This document shows positions 40,820 through 55,467 of a stretch of 64,000 nt of DNA, piece after piece. Numbering within the stretch: position 1 is the stretch's first letter; each line of letters starts with the position of its first letter. The notes beneath the pieces are model-generated. The model searched no databases and was not told the origin of the DNA. It saw only the letters and a list, made by a program, of their open reading frames with translations. Position numbers and translations under genes: made by a program. This stretch comes from Octopus vulgaris (taxonomy: Eukaryota), in NCBI GenBank assembly GCA_951406725.2, contig OX597821.1:66340001-66404000 (forward strand), written 5' to 3'.

Positions 40820-41599
40820 TTTGTTGTTGTTGTTGTTGTTGTTGTTATTGTAGCTGGTATAGGTGGTAGTGGCGGTTATGGCGGGGTTGGTGCTGTTGTT
40901 GTTGGTGGTGGAGATGTTGGTGGTGGAGATGTTGGTGGTGATGTGGTGCTTGTGGTGGTGGAGGTTGTGGTGGTGGTGGTGATGGTAGTGGTGATAGTGA
41001 TGGTGGTGGTGGTGAAGATTGTGATGGTGGAGATGGTGGTGGTAATGTTGGTGGTGGAGGTTGTGGTGGGGGATTTGCTGGTGGTGATGATGGTAGTAAT
41101 GTTTCTGGTGTCGTAGTGATGGAGATTGTGGTGGTGGTGGTGGTGGTGGTGGTGGTGGTGATGCTTCTGGTGATGTAGTGGTGAAGATTGTGGTGGAGGT
41201 TGTGGTGGTGGTGATGCTGGTGGTGGTGGTGGTGGTGGTGGTGGTTGTGGTGGTGGTGGTTGTGTGGTGCAGCGCTAATGGTGGAGATGATGGTTCTGGT
41301 GGTTCTGATGGTGATGGTGGCAGCGCTGGCGTTGGTAAGAGTTGCAGCTCCGGCTGATACTGGAGGTGGATGTGTTGGTAGTGGTTGTGTTGGTGAGGGT
41401 GTTGATGCTGATGAGGAAGACATATTAGTGGTGATGGTGGAGGCACTGGTGGTGTTGATGGTAGAGGTGGCATGGGCGCCGTTTCTTTTCTTTTCTTTAT
41501 TACTATAATTGTTGTTCTTAATAGTTAGTTGCAGTTGTTGTTGTTTCTGCTATTGTTTCTCGTGATGCTACATTTCCTAACGCTACCGTTTTTTTTCTG

Positions 41600-41665
<66 letters not shown>

Positions 41666-41949
41666 GAGCTGCTTTATGTTGGCTGGTTGTTTGGTTGTTG
41701 TTTTTGCTGTTTTTGTTGTTTCTAAATGTCTGCTGCTCATATTGTTAAAATTAATGCTGCACCAGCCTACTGCTGTTACTCATCTTCTTCTTCTTCTTCT
41801 TCTTCGTCTTCTTCTTCTTCTTCTTCTTCTTCTTCTTCTTCTTCTTCTTCTTCTTCTTCTTCTTCTTCTTCTTCTTCTTGTTCTTGTCCTTGTTCTTCTT
41901 GTTCTTCTTGTTCTTCTTCTTCTTCTTGTTCTTCTTCTTCTTCTTGTTC

Positions 41950-41984
<35 letters not shown>

Positions 41985-42190
41985 CTTCTTCTTCTTCTTC
42001 TTCTTCTTCTTCTTCTTCTTCGTCGTCTTCTTCTTCTTCTTCGTCGTCGTCTTCTTCTTCGTCGTCGTCGTCTTCTTCTTCTTCTCCTCATCCACCTCCT
42101 TCTCCTTCTCCTCCTCCTCCTCCTTCTTCTATCATCATCATCATCATCATGATCATGATCATCATCATCATCATCATTATCATTGCTTGC
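40820..42190. repeat. Compound trinucleotide field (GGT, TTA, CTT, GTT, CAT)
   Basis: Directly visible. Confidence 0.9.
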
Positions 42191-42866
42191 TTCACACAAT
42201 TGGTGCAGTCGCAGTGATTGTATTTCCATGCACACCTCGTTACCATTCACTTTTATTTGAAGTTGAGCCTGTTTTTTCCCTCTTGGGGTCTCTGCCTTTT
42301 TTTTTGTTCTCTTTTTGAAATGACTGTTATTTTAGTTGTTGTTGTTGTTGTTGTTGTTGTTACTGTTGCGCCTATTGTTGTTGTTCTTAATGTAAATATT
42401 ACTCTTGTTGCTATTCTCGTTTTCTCTTATCATTGCATTACATGAAGCTGTGTGCTTCAGAAATATGCTTAGCAATCATGATGTTTGTAGGTGCAATCCC
42501 ACTGTGTTGCGATTTAGACCAAACATAAGCGTAATTATGTAAACTAAAGTCCATCTCATAAAATTATGTATACGTGTGTATGTTATGTGTACGTCTGTGT
42601 GTGTGTGTGCGTGTGTGTGTGTGCGTGTGGGCATGCGTATCGATGTGGCATGAGACGTTTTGGAACAGCTACTTTGGCGCCGCCTAACATGGTGTAGCTG
42701 ATTCGACAGCGTGACACCTTGGGTGAGTATATTCTGCTATAGTCTGGGGCCCGACCAAAACCTTGTGAGTGGGTTTGGTAGACGGAAACAGGAAGAAGCC
42801 CTTCGCATATATATATATAACACAGAAACACCCACATACACACACAAATATATATTTATATGTATG

Positions 42867-42942
<76 letters not shown>

Positions 42943-42946
<4 letters not shown>

Positions 42947-43776
42947 AGATAAGAAAATGGAGAAATACATCTAAATCAAATATCAATTACACGATAATAC
43001 TCAATCACATACTTTATTAAACCACCACATAAGAAACTGTAGGGTTACATATAAAAAGCAGAACAAATCAGTGTACGTACAGTAGTGTACATAAAAGAGT
43101 AATGATGTATAATAAGTAGAATATATATAAAAGAGAATATAAATATAAGTAAATATAAATATAAGTATATATTACATCTTACAGCTGTTTCGGCCATGTA
43201 GATAAGTATGTCTCATTTTACCAATATTAGCCTTTTATGGTAGGTCAATATATAGATATAAATGAGACATTTACAAAATTATCATTGACCTACCATAAAA
43301 GGCTAATATTGGTAAAATGAGACATACTTATCTACATGGCCGAAACAGCTGTAAGATGTAAGCTATACTTATATTTATATTTACTTATATTTATATTCTC
43401 TTTTATATATATTCTACTTATTATACATCATTACTCTTTTATGTACACTTTTTTATGTACACTACTGTATGTACACTGATTTGTTCTGCTTTTTATATGT
43501 AACCCTACAGTCTCTTATGTGGTGGTTTAATAAAGTATGTGATTGAGTATTATCGTGTAATTGATTTTTGATTTAGATGTATTTCTCCATTTTCTTATCT
43601 TGTATTAGTAATTTGTGGTAAATCATTTTACCTTTGACCATATAATACAGTAAATGAATTGATTGCATCGCAATCATTAACATTTATGTATTAACTTTGT
43701 TGGGTACTTCACAAGCAGTATATTGGATATATGTTATCCCATGGAGGGTTGTATTTACAACCCCTATCTCAATTTG

Positions 43777-43778
<2 letters not shown>
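42943..43778. mobile_element. Fold-back insert in (TA)n, arms 42943-43249 and 43284-43604, with 3' half of a hammerhead
   Basis: ~310-bp arms with few substitutions and one ~15-bp indel; GAAAC-AGCT-GTA at 43342-43353. Confidence 0.85.
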
Positions 43779-43842
<64 letters not shown>

Positions 43843-44505
43843 TAATCCAAACAAGAAAGCACAAAAAAGACAACAACGCGAGGACGTGGAACAAATATAG
43901 TATTAAGGAGGCTCAGGAAAGAAGGAAAGAAGGAGGGTTTAAGATTTCGAGCGGAGCTTTAAGTCGGAAACATAGGAGAAGGAAAGATCCAGTGAAGGGA
44001 AGACAGAGGAATATATATATATATATGTATATATTTGCGCGCGTGTGTATGTGTTTCTGTTTTTGCCTCCGCCGCCATCGCTTGACAGTCGATGCTGATG
44101 TGTTTATGTTCCAGTAACCTAGAGGTTCGGAAAAGGAGAACGATAGAATAAGTACTAGGTTTACAAAGAATAAGTCCTGGGGTCGATTTCTTCGACTAGC
44201 ACCCTTTAAGGCAGTGTTCCAGCATGGCCGCAGTCAAATGAGTAAAACAAGTAAAAGTATAAAAGGATTACTCTTTTACTCTTTTACTTGTTTCAGTCAT
44301 TTGACTGCCGCCGTGCTGGAGCACCGCCTTTAGTCGAGCAAGTTGAAGCCAGGACTTATTCTTTGTAAGCATAGTACTTTTTCGATCGGTCACTTTTGCC
44401 GAGCCGCTAAGTTACGGGGACGTAAACACACCTGCATCGGTTGTCAAGCCATGGTGGGGGGGGGACAAACACACTCACACAGACACACACAGACACATTC
44501 AGACA

Positions 44506-44567
<62 letters not shown>

Positions 44568-45399
44568 GACACATGTATACGACGGTCTTCTTTCAGCTTC
44601 CGTCTATCAAATCCGCTCGCAAGGATTTGGTCGGCCCGAGGCTATAGTAGAAGACACGCAGTGGGACTGAACCCGGAACTATGTGGTTCGTAAGCAAGCT
44701 ACTTACCACACAGCCACTCCTAAAAATTTATTGAAGTATTTTGTGTATTTTAAGGAGCATAATCAATTTTAACGTAGATTTTAACAACAAAAACTTATAT
44801 AGGTCCCGAAGGACCATATGGACCTCATCTAAGAAACCCCGATTTAAACTAATAGCTATCTTCTTATACTGTTCACTAATGCTCAAAAGTTCTTTACCAG
44901 CTTTTTATTCTCACGATGTATAATCACTGGTGACCGACTTATTGTGTAGTATGTGGTATATAAATAGACTAGTCGTGCATACACCAGAATATAGTTCTGT
45001 TCCGCTGCAATCTAATGGCAGAACAATGCAAATATGGCAAAACGGTAGTTTTCTTGCAACAAAGATGATCTTTGATTTTTTTTTATATTCTTTCTTTTCT
45101 CTCTTTTATTTGTTTCAGTCATTTGACTGTGGCCATGCTGGAGCGCCGCCTTTAGTTGTACAAATCAACCCCAGTACTTATACTTTGTAGGCCTAGTACT
45201 TATTCTATCGGTCTGTTTTGCCGAACCGCTAAGTTACGGAGACGTGAACACACCAACATCGGTCGTCAAGCGATAGTGGGGGGACAAACACAGTCACACA
45301 AACATACACACACACACACACACACACACATACATACACACAAAGATACACACACACATATACACGACGAGCTTCTTTCAGTTTCCGTCTACCAGTTTC

Positions 45400-45620
45400 C
45401 GCAATGGCCTAGTGGTTAGGGCAGCGGACTCGCGGTCGCAGGATCGCGGTTTCGATTCTCAGACCGGGCGTTGTGTGTGTTTATTGAGCGAAAACACCTT
45501 AAAAGCTCTACGAGGCTCCGGCAGGGGGTGGTGATCCCTGCTGTACTCTTTCACCACAATGGCGGTGCCCCAGCATGGCCACAGCGCAAGAGCTGAAACT
45601 GGAAAAACAAAAACAAAACC
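45400..45620 (+). mobile_element. SINE B head with family A-like tail, inserted inside a SINE A
   Basis: Host SINE A resumes at ACCAAATCCACTC; tail GGCGGTGCCCCAGCATGGCCACAG...GCTGAAAC. Confidence 0.7.
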
Positions 45621-47253
45621 AAATCCACTCACAAGGCTTTGGTCGGCCAAAGGCTATAGTCGAAGACACTTGCCCAAGGTGCAACGCAGTGGGACTGAAC
45701 CCGGAACCATGTGGTTGGTAAGCAAGCTACTTACCACACAGCCACTCCTATCAAAATACTTGTTATCCTTTACTGTTCAAATACATTTCACACGCAGTTT
45801 TACTCTCATCTATGCTGAAATGTTTGTGGTACCTATTTCTTTATTACCCACAAGGGGCTAAACTTAGAGGGGACAAACAAGGACAGACATAGGTATTAAG
45901 TCGATTACATCGACCCCAGTGCGGAACTGGTACTTAATTTATCGACCCCGAAAGGATGAAAGGCAAAGTCTCGAACATCTCATACATAGTGTCATCACTA
46001 TCTAGAGTTTCAAATCAGCTGCTCTACCAATCAGTCTCTTCCGTTTTATTCTCAGTTTCTAGTATTTCTCTGCTGTTGCTAAATTGCTTCTCAATACCGA
46101 GAAAACTTTCATTGAGGAGACTGTTTGCAGCATAGTCACATTTAGGCAATATATGAAGAAACGCTGGAGGATTATGACCACCACTCTCTCCATATAGAAT
46201 TCCAATTCCTGTTTTATTTTTGATGGATGACATGCTACGTAAATGTTCCATTTCACAAACATGTAAGGCAGGCGATTACAATCATTATGTTAATAGCTGT
46301 AAGAAATGTTTGCCACTCATCAGGTTTGTTTATACAGCATTCTTGATAAAAAAAAACATGGTGCTATGAAACTGATGTACCTTAGGTATTTTTATAAACC
46401 AATTATGTGAGATCGAATTGAAAACCTTTCTGGAATCGACTCAAGCCGATGACAGTTTCCTTTTTCGAATCTTGGCTTCGTCCGGTTACCAAATTATTAA
46501 TATTCTGCGAGTCTATTGGCGAGAAAGACTTCCGTATAAAATTGATTTGTTCTGCTTCTTTATGTAGGCACTAAGAAATATCTCTTTTTTCAGTCGATTG
46601 GAAACTACTAACGCACAATGAAAGGAAAAGAAAACACATTCCATGATTTTGTGCTAACTGAAATTATTCCCCATCTATAAGAATTATCTCACTTCATAAA
46701 ATGTTTAATTTATATACTTCAGGTTTATATTTTGCTGATGATCTCTAATAAGGATGAAATGGTGCTCAATTTTAAAACTTTGTAATAAGTAAAAGAAAAC
46801 GAAATTAAATATACAGGGCAGGTGTCTTCTACTATAGCCTCGGGTAGACCAAAGCCTTGTGAGTGGATTTGGTAGATGGAAACTGAAAGAAGTCCGTCGT
46901 GTATATATATATACATATGTATGTATGTTTATATGTTTGTGTGTCTGTGTTTGTCCCCCCCATCATCACTTGACAACCGATGCTGGTGTGTTTGCGTCCA
47001 TGTAACTTAGCGGTTCGGCAAACGAAACCGATAGAATAGGCTGACAAAGGCTAAGTCCTGGGGTCGATTTGCTCGACTAAAGGTGATGCTCCAGTATGGC
47101 CGAAGTTAAGATGACTGAAACAAGTAAAAGAATAAAAGAATACGTTTATCTTCTATATTCTTCCATCTCCCTTCTTTATTTCTTATACCGGATTCAGAAT
47201 TCAAATATTATATACAAAATAATTTTCTTCCTTGAGCTAAGTGCCCACTAGAT

Positions 47254-47882
47254 CAGTGCTACTCAAAGTGGTGGTCCACGGACCGGTGCCGGTCCGCGAG
47301 CCGTCAGCTTCCGGTATGGGTCGAGTTTCCAGGAAAGAAATATTATGAAATGCTTATGTAATATTGGATAATTTGTTTCCAAAATAAATATAAGATAAAA
47401 AAATGTCAACTTTTTTATTATATTCATTATATATATTATATAACTGGTCCCTGGCACATTGGAAAAAATGTAGCTTGCTTACGAACCACATGGTTCAAGG
47501 TTCAGTCCCACTGCGTGGCACAATGGGCCAGTGTTTTTTTACTATAACCTCGGAAAGACCAATGCCTTGCGAGTGGATTTGGTAGACGGAATCTGAAAGA
47601 AGCCCGTCGTATGTATGTATATGTATATATATGTATATATATGTGTGTATGTGTATGTGTTTGTGTGTCTGTGTTCGCCCCCCAGCATTGCTTGACAACC
47701 GATGCTGGTGTGTTTACGTCCCCGTAACTTAGCGGTTCGGTAAAAGGAACCGATAGAATAAGTACTAGGCTTACAATGAATAAGTCCTGGGGTGTATTTG
47801 CTCCAGCATGGCCACAGTAAAATGACTGAAATAAGTAAAAGAGTATAAGAGTACCCCACATCAGATAGTTTGAGAAGCGTTG
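47254..47882. mobile_element. Non-autonomous hAT (Charlie/MER5-like) element interrupted by SINE A
   Basis: TIRs CAGTGCTACTCAAA and TTTGAGAAGCGTTG; 8-bp flanks CACTAGAT and CACTCGAG. Confidence 0.7.
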
Positions 47883-48851
47883 CACTCGAGGAAATCTACG
47901 TCCCTAAAAAAAATGTTTTTCCGTAAATGTTAGATTGTATTTACTAGAATCTATTTATAGATTATCGATGGAGAAATGATGATGCTATAATTAAATGAAT
48001 TTATCTTTACTTATTCATCATCGCTGCCCCACTAGGCACGTGATCTGGATTATTGAAGTAGTTACTGAAGATCTACCTGACTGAATGGTGTGTCAAATTC
48101 CACACGCCTATTCTTCCTCAAGTTGCCTGAGCTCGGGCTTTTCAGGTATCTAAACCGCTCAAAGGATGCTTCAAACCATATATTGTGATGTTTTCGGGAT
48201 GCCGCCCAAATTCTAAAAGCTCCTCTAACTAATGATTGTATTTGTTACAATTAGCTTCGTTTTCAGTTATATTATCATCTTGTACCATTTCTCCCTCCTC
48301 ATCCTATTTCATTAAATCTCTACACTTTAATGTCATCTATCTTTGTGATAGCCTCTTCCCCCAACATCAGGGCAAATAAAAATAAAGGACGTTGTCATCA
48401 TCATCATCATCATCATCATCGTCGTCGTCGTCGCCATCTTCCTCCTCCTCCTCCTCCCCCCTCCTCCTCATCATCATTATCATCATCATCATCATCATCA
48501 GTCAAATCAATGAGGAGGCATGATTTTTGTCTGAAGTTCTTTCAGTATAATGTCTGGCCTATTCGCATCTATCTTACTGTCAGTTTGAATGATGATGATG
48601 ATGATGATGATGATGATGTGGAATCGTTTAGCACATTGGGCAAAAAGCTTAGCGGCATTTCGTCTGTCTTTATGTTCTCAGTTCAAATTCCGCCGAAGTC
48701 GTCTTTGCATTTTCATCCTTTTGGGATAATGAAATGTGTACCAATAACGTACTGGAGTCGATGTAATCGAATAACCTCTTCCCCCAAAATTCCAAATCTT
48801 GTGCCAATAGCAGAAAAAAACTATGATGATGAGAATAATGATAAGATTAAG

Positions 48852-48916
<65 letters not shown>

Positions 48917-48919
<3 letters not shown>

Positions 48920-49130
48920 AACCCTATTACATGCTTATTCAATTAGCAGGGATGTTATCCTGAGATTTGGTGACAATTAGTCTTTGAAATCTCAAGAATA
49001 CTTCTGAGAATTCTTGCTGGATACAGGATGCTAATTTTCTGCAAGTCGACAAAATATGTCCCAATTCCTGAATGCTTCAGACTTTTAAGAAGCAATCTGG
49101 TTGTTGTACCAAAGGCACCGATAACCACAT
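48917..49130 (-). pseudogene. Dong/R4-like RLE-type LINE 3' end abutting (AAT)n
   Basis: rc VVIGAFGT...DLQKISILYPARILRSILEI. Confidence 0.7.
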
Positions 49131-49387
49131 TTTTGTGCTCCTTAATCTCTTTTCTATCTCTCTCTCTGTACCTAAATACTGATATTTGCCAATATTCTCA
49201 AGTTTCTTTTTCTTATATATGCACTCTACTAATATATAAGATTACGAAGTCTATGATCCCTCGTTGGTTGTTTGGTCTCCTTGCTATAATACTGCGTTCA
49301 GTTTCTACGGAAAAATCTCATAAAGCGCTGATTATTATTCTGAATCACGGCCTCTGTTTCGTATTGTTCACAGCAATTTTCCGTCAT

Positions 49388-49474
<87 letters not shown>

Positions 49475-49698
49475 TATGTGTGTGTTTGTCCCCCGCCATC
49501 GCTTAACAACTGCTGCCGTTAACGTGTTCGCGTCCCCGTAACTTAGCAGTTTGGCAAAATATATCGATAGCGTAACAGGCTAAAACAAAAAAAAAAAAAA
49601 CAAAAGAAGGAGTAATGGAGTCGATTTGTTCGACGAAAATTCTTCAAGGTGGTGCTCCAGTATGGCCGCAGATTGAAACGAGTATATGAATAAAATTG

Positions 49699-49730
<32 letters not shown>

Positions 49731-50885
49731 TGTGCGTGTGTGTGTGTGTGTGTGTGTGTACTAAGATGTACAAATACATTTATGATACATACAGACGTCA
49801 AATATATTGTGCAGTCAATATCTTAGTCAGAGTTAAACCTACTTCCGTTTTGTCATATGTTAGCTATATTAATTTTTACTTTGAAAACCATGTCGTTGGC
49901 ATTCAAGTGCAGGAAGCAGCGTCTAGGTTTATTCAAGAGAGACATTAATATTTTTAGAGGGAAATCAATTCATATTTTCTTTTCAAAGGTATCGGTTCCT
50001 AAATAGGGTAGCTGTAACAGACACTACTGTAACAACTTAGGAAGTTGTCATTTATTTATTTCATTGGATGAAGACATAAATGTTGTTAATATTATAGCAT
50101 TAGAATGAGAATACAGGAAAAAAGAAAAGCAAACGCGGAAATACTATCCGAAATATAATATATTATTGTTGTGGTAATATGTAGTGTATAATTTTTAAGT
50201 AAAAACAACTGGCGTATTTAAATGTTTAAAGCAAAGAAGATATACGATGGTATATTTCAGTTAAAGATACCCTAAATACATCAACAGAGATGATGTATTG
50301 CATTAAGTGGTTAGTGCAACGCACTCGCGGTCGTAGGATCACGGTTTCGATTTCCAGACCGGGCGTTGTGAGTGTTTATTGTGAGAAAATACCCAAAGCT
50401 CCACGAGGCTCAATCAGGAGTGGTGGCGAACTCTGCTGTACTCTTTCACTGCAACTTTCTTTCACTCTTTCTTCCTCTTTCTGTTCTACCTGTTTTTCAA
50501 AGGGCCAGCCTTGTCACATTCTGCGTCACGCTGAATCTCTCCGAGAACTGCGTTAAGGGTACACGTGTCTGTGGAGTGCTCAGCCACTTGCACATTAATT
50601 TCACGATTAGTGCTCAGCCACTTGCACATTAATTTCAAGCTGTTCCATCGATTGGACCAACTGGAACTCTAGTCGTCGTAACCGACGGTGTGCCACGATT
50701 GCATTAAAATGGAATAGTTAAAATAAAATAAAATAAAAATAATAATATACAAGGAAATAAACGGTAAAAGCATTGCAGAATACATGCACATTTGGACGAC
50801 ACAACCAGACACAATGTTTAAGTTTTCTTATTTTCACCAACAGAGAATATGCATGTGTGTGTGTATGCATATATACATGCATACT

Positions 50886-50941
<56 letters not shown>

Positions 50942-50944
<3 letters not shown>

Positions 50945-51328
50945 GATCTTGAAATAGAAATCAGCAAAATGTGGAACCTGAAGACTAAAACAATACCTGT
51001 TGTCATAGGTGCCCTGAGAATGATAGCAAAAGGGGCTGATTGCTACCTAACTCAGATACCAGGAAACCCCAAAATGGCAGAAATTCAAAAGATAGTGCTC
51101 ATGGGAACTGCTCATATCCTACACAAAATACTTTCTATGTAATCTCAAACATGTAATCTTAAAACAAACATGATTTTTTTTTTACATTCACTAGTACAAC
51201 ACAAAAAAACCCCCAAAATATATGGCACACTAGGCATAACAACAACATGAACTTCCAACCTGTTGTCTCTTGAGGTCTCTGGGTGAGACTTGGAGCCAAC
51301 TTGTACAAATGTAAAGCAAAAGTCAAAC

Positions 51329-51330
<2 letters not shown>
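50942..51330 (+). mobile_element. 5'-truncated Dong/R4-like LINE inserted in (AAT)n
   Basis: KDLEIEISKMWNLKTKTIPVVIGAL...EIQKIVLMGTAHILHKILSM* (stop 51142), 3' UTR, (AAT)n on both sides. Confidence 0.85.
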
Positions 51331-51425
<95 letters not shown>

Positions 51426-51566
51426 TTTGGGCCAATAAGTGTAAGTCGATTTGTGTTTTTAAACGTTGAGGAGAGCACCGGCACAGTTTAGGCTACCTGT
51501 TGTCATCCGCAGTTATGGTACACTTCCGTTGGATCTACTTCAGGAACTTCGCAGTGGCAGTTAAGG

Positions 51567-51831
51567 TAGTAGTATTAATTAATAGGAGAGGGATTTCGTA
51601 TTAGACCTTTATGGGGTACAACATATGTTTCGACCCATCAGTCTGGATCTCTTCAAGTACGTTGATAAAGATGTCTCACTACAGATCTTTATTATCGGCT
51701 GGCCTGTTATATTCCAATATAACAACAATTGAGGCATCTTTATCAAAGTACCTGAAGAAACCCAGACTGATAGCTCAAAACATGTTGTACCCAATAAACG
51801 TCTTATACGAAATCCCTCTCCTATTAACTAA

Positions 51832-51836
<5 letters not shown>
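51567..51836. mobile_element. Fold-back insert with a hammerhead motif in each arm (51616-51660 minus; 51748-51790 plus)
   Basis: GTAC-(C/T)TGAAGA-GATCCA/TGGGTC-GAAAC-ATAT-GTT-GTAC; arms moderately diverged. Confidence 0.8.
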
Positions 51837-51883
<47 letters not shown>

Positions 51884-51911
51884 TCACACATACATATATC
51901 ATAATACTCAT

Positions 51912-51942
<31 letters not shown>

Positions 51943-51974
51943 CATATATATATGTGTGTGTTTTTATATATATA

Positions 51975-52344
51975 CTAGCAGTATCGCCCGGCGTTGCTCG
52001 GGTTTGTAAGGGAAATAACTATAAAGCATTTTTAGAGAGTTATAGCCAAAAAATAAGCAAAAAAATGCATTAAAAATGGAAAAACGATTATGGTAAATTT
52101 TTTTAAATCGACTCATCGTAGACATTTTTAGAGAGTTACTTCCTTATATATAATAAAATGCAAAAATGCATTAAAATAGAAAAAAATGATGGTAAATTAT
52201 TTTTAAAATCATCGTACATACAGAAGGGCTCGATATGAATCACGAATATAAGATACCCGGTTTTGTTAAACTGCACCGCAAAACGTGTAGTTGGAATCTA
52301 AATCGTAGGAGACAGACACACAACCTTACTTTTATATATAAAGA
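51975..52344 (-). mobile_element. Non-autonomous Helitron
   Basis: rc 5' A|TC start, 3' hairpin CCCGAGCAACGCCGGG and CTAG|T end, no TSD. Confidence 0.8.
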
Positions 52345-52857
52345 TATATATAAACACATGCACACGCACACACACATATGTATGTGTATATGTGTGTTTA
52401 TGAGTATATTTATATATTAGCGCGGGCATGGACGTTTGGTTTGGTAAGAGTATGCTTCTTAAACATATGTTCCACGTTTATTCGACTTTTTCTCAAGCAA
52501 CAAGCCGACCAAAGCCTTGTGAGTGGAACTGGTAGATCGAAACTGAAAGAAGCCTGTCGTACATATATACATGTGTGTGTGTGTGTTTTACCCACATCAC
52601 TGTTTGACAGTTGCTTTTGCTTTGTGTGTGTCCCTGATACATAGCGGTTCGAAAAAAGCGATTGATAAGAATAAGTATCATGTTTGAAAAACAATAAACA
52701 CTGTGGTCGAATTGTTGCACTCCACCCTTCAAAGCAATTTTAGTTGAAGAAATGCCTAATACTTAATCTATCAGAGTTTTTTTTGTCAAATCGTTAAGTT
52801 ACGGTTGTCAAGAGGTGGAGGGAGACAAACGCAGACACACATACATACACACCAACA

Positions 52858-52901
<44 letters not shown>

Positions 52902-52903
52902 CT

Positions 52904-52944
<41 letters not shown>

Positions 52945-53270
52945 CAGAAAAATATTTCTATGCCAATATACTGAGAATAGACTTTAAATCGTCAATCTAT
53001 TCTCAGTACATTGGTATAGAAATATTTTTTCTTTTGCCCTTGTTTATAAATTGCGTATAATTTTCACCTTTAAAGGTATTTTAATATGCTGCCACTTTTG
53101 ATGAAGTTTTTTTCTGGAAAATTTTTTTATCCTATATTAGTAGTAGTAGTAGTAGTAGTAGTATATATATATATATATATATATGTGTGTATGTATAAAA
53201 TTACAAACACACTCACACACAAGCATGCATATCTGTATATACAAATACACACACACACACACGATATATG

Positions 53271-53359
<89 letters not shown>

Positions 53360-53844
53360 TACACAGACATACATACATCAGGCTTCTTTCAATTTCCCTC
53401 TGCCAAAGTAACTCTCAAGGCTTTGGTCACTGCGAGGCTATACGAGAAGAAACTTACCGAAAATACCGCTCAGATGGATCGAACCCCGGAACACTGTGAC
53501 TTAGAAACAAACATCTTACTACATAATCACACCTGCACTTGTTTGTTTTGTATTTTCTTTTTGTTTCTATGACGATCTCTACTTTTCGTTTAAATTTATT
53601 TTGTGCAGAGGGTTGTTGTCGCATGTTTTTTGTCGCATGAAAATTTAAGTCTTCTCTGTTCCTTAGATGATGGGAAAAAAAAAATGAAAAAAAAAATGAA
53701 AATTCTTTCGCCTCTCTTTAGAAGTTCTGCATTACAAACAAAATGTTTCGCTTGTAAAAATTCACATTAGATCGCTTGACGAAATACGCCCAACTAAAAA
53801 AAAACAACAACAACAAAAAACCCCAAACAAACATCAGCAGCAGC

Positions 53845-53876
<32 letters not shown>

Positions 53877-54025
53877 TAATGCCATACACTTCAGTCGAAA
53901 ACAAAAATATTGCAGATGTGAACGCGCTATTTGAAATCAACGGAAGCAGGAAATATCGAGCGAAAATAGCAGCAATCTGTAGCCAAAGTTCTTAAATTTA
54001 GTTCTATCTAAAGTCACTAATATAT

Positions 54026-54063
<38 letters not shown>

Positions 54064-54921
54064 TCTCCTCCTCCTCCTCATAATCATCGTCATCACTGTT
54101 ACTAATTTAATATTCAAATAGTGGCCTTGAGAATTTGGTTTCCTTTTTAGATGTGGGAAGAATAAAATCATACTTCACCAGCAGTATTTTTTTTTTTCCA
54201 ACCTCAAACAAGAACTTGGAAAATTTTAACACTTTACTCAATTAAATTTATAATTCCAGAACTGGAACGACACGATATTTTAGGGATTATTACACTTATT
54301 TTTTTTTTCTAGATAACTACTTACAAAGCAGATTTATTGTGAGAGGCATTCTAGCCCTGACGCGACCGTTCTGTCTTTTTCCTATCTTCACGGAACTATG
54401 ACCACATTATACATAGTACCTTTTTCTAAGGCATTACGATCTGCTTTTTGGAGGATTTGAGATAGATTAAGGTTATTTTTTTTTCATTTTTAAAATGGTG
54501 TTATATAATTAAAATGCAAATCTTGTTGCTATTTCAAGCAGATCAAGAGACCGCAACAAGATCTCTCGTTAGTGCAAAGCAAGTATTGACGTAAGAGGTA
54601 GAGATTGACTGAGAAGGACTTCTTTGACCAATCGACGTTGAACGAAACTAGATAATGGAATCGAGAGAAAAACTGTCTAGTATATTGTAGGTTATAGGTT
54701 TCTGCCTTTCATATTTGTATCTATTTATTAACTTCGATGTCATCAAATATTTACCAGATGTAAACGTTGAGAAATCTAGTGCTGGCTGAAATCAGAAGCG
54801 AAAACATTTCATTGCTATTCTCCCAACTCAATATCGGACACGATTATGATACACAATATTTCCTAAGTGCAATTTATTTAAACCATATATAGATATATGA
54901 ATAAATAAATATTGAAATTTA

Positions 54922-54963
<42 letters not shown>

Positions 54964-55010
54964 CAAACACTTACACACACGAATACATTTCTGTATATAC
55001 ACATATATAC

Positions 55011-55053
<43 letters not shown>

Positions 55054-55312
55054 TGTATACACACACACACACACACACAAACACATATATATTTTTTACA
55101 AACACTCACACACACGCATACATATCTGTATATACACATATACGTATATATATATATTTAAATATATGTGAATACATATTTGAATACATATATATATATA
55201 TATGTATGTATATATATACATATATATATATATATACATTCATATTTATACACTCATATTTATACACACATATATACATATATCCACATATATATACATA
55301 TATATACCCCAC

Positions 55313-55358
<46 letters not shown>

Positions 55359-55412
55359 TGTGTGTGAGTGTTTGTATATTGTATATACAGATAGGTATGC
55401 GTGTGTGTGAGT

Positions 55413-55467
<55 letters not shown>

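Noticed and set aside
39681-42318. Homopolymer ORFs (poly-F/L/T/H/S/R)
   Set aside because: Compound microsatellite artefacts
46020-46620. Possible decayed coding sequence
   Set aside because: No motif recognised in any frame examined
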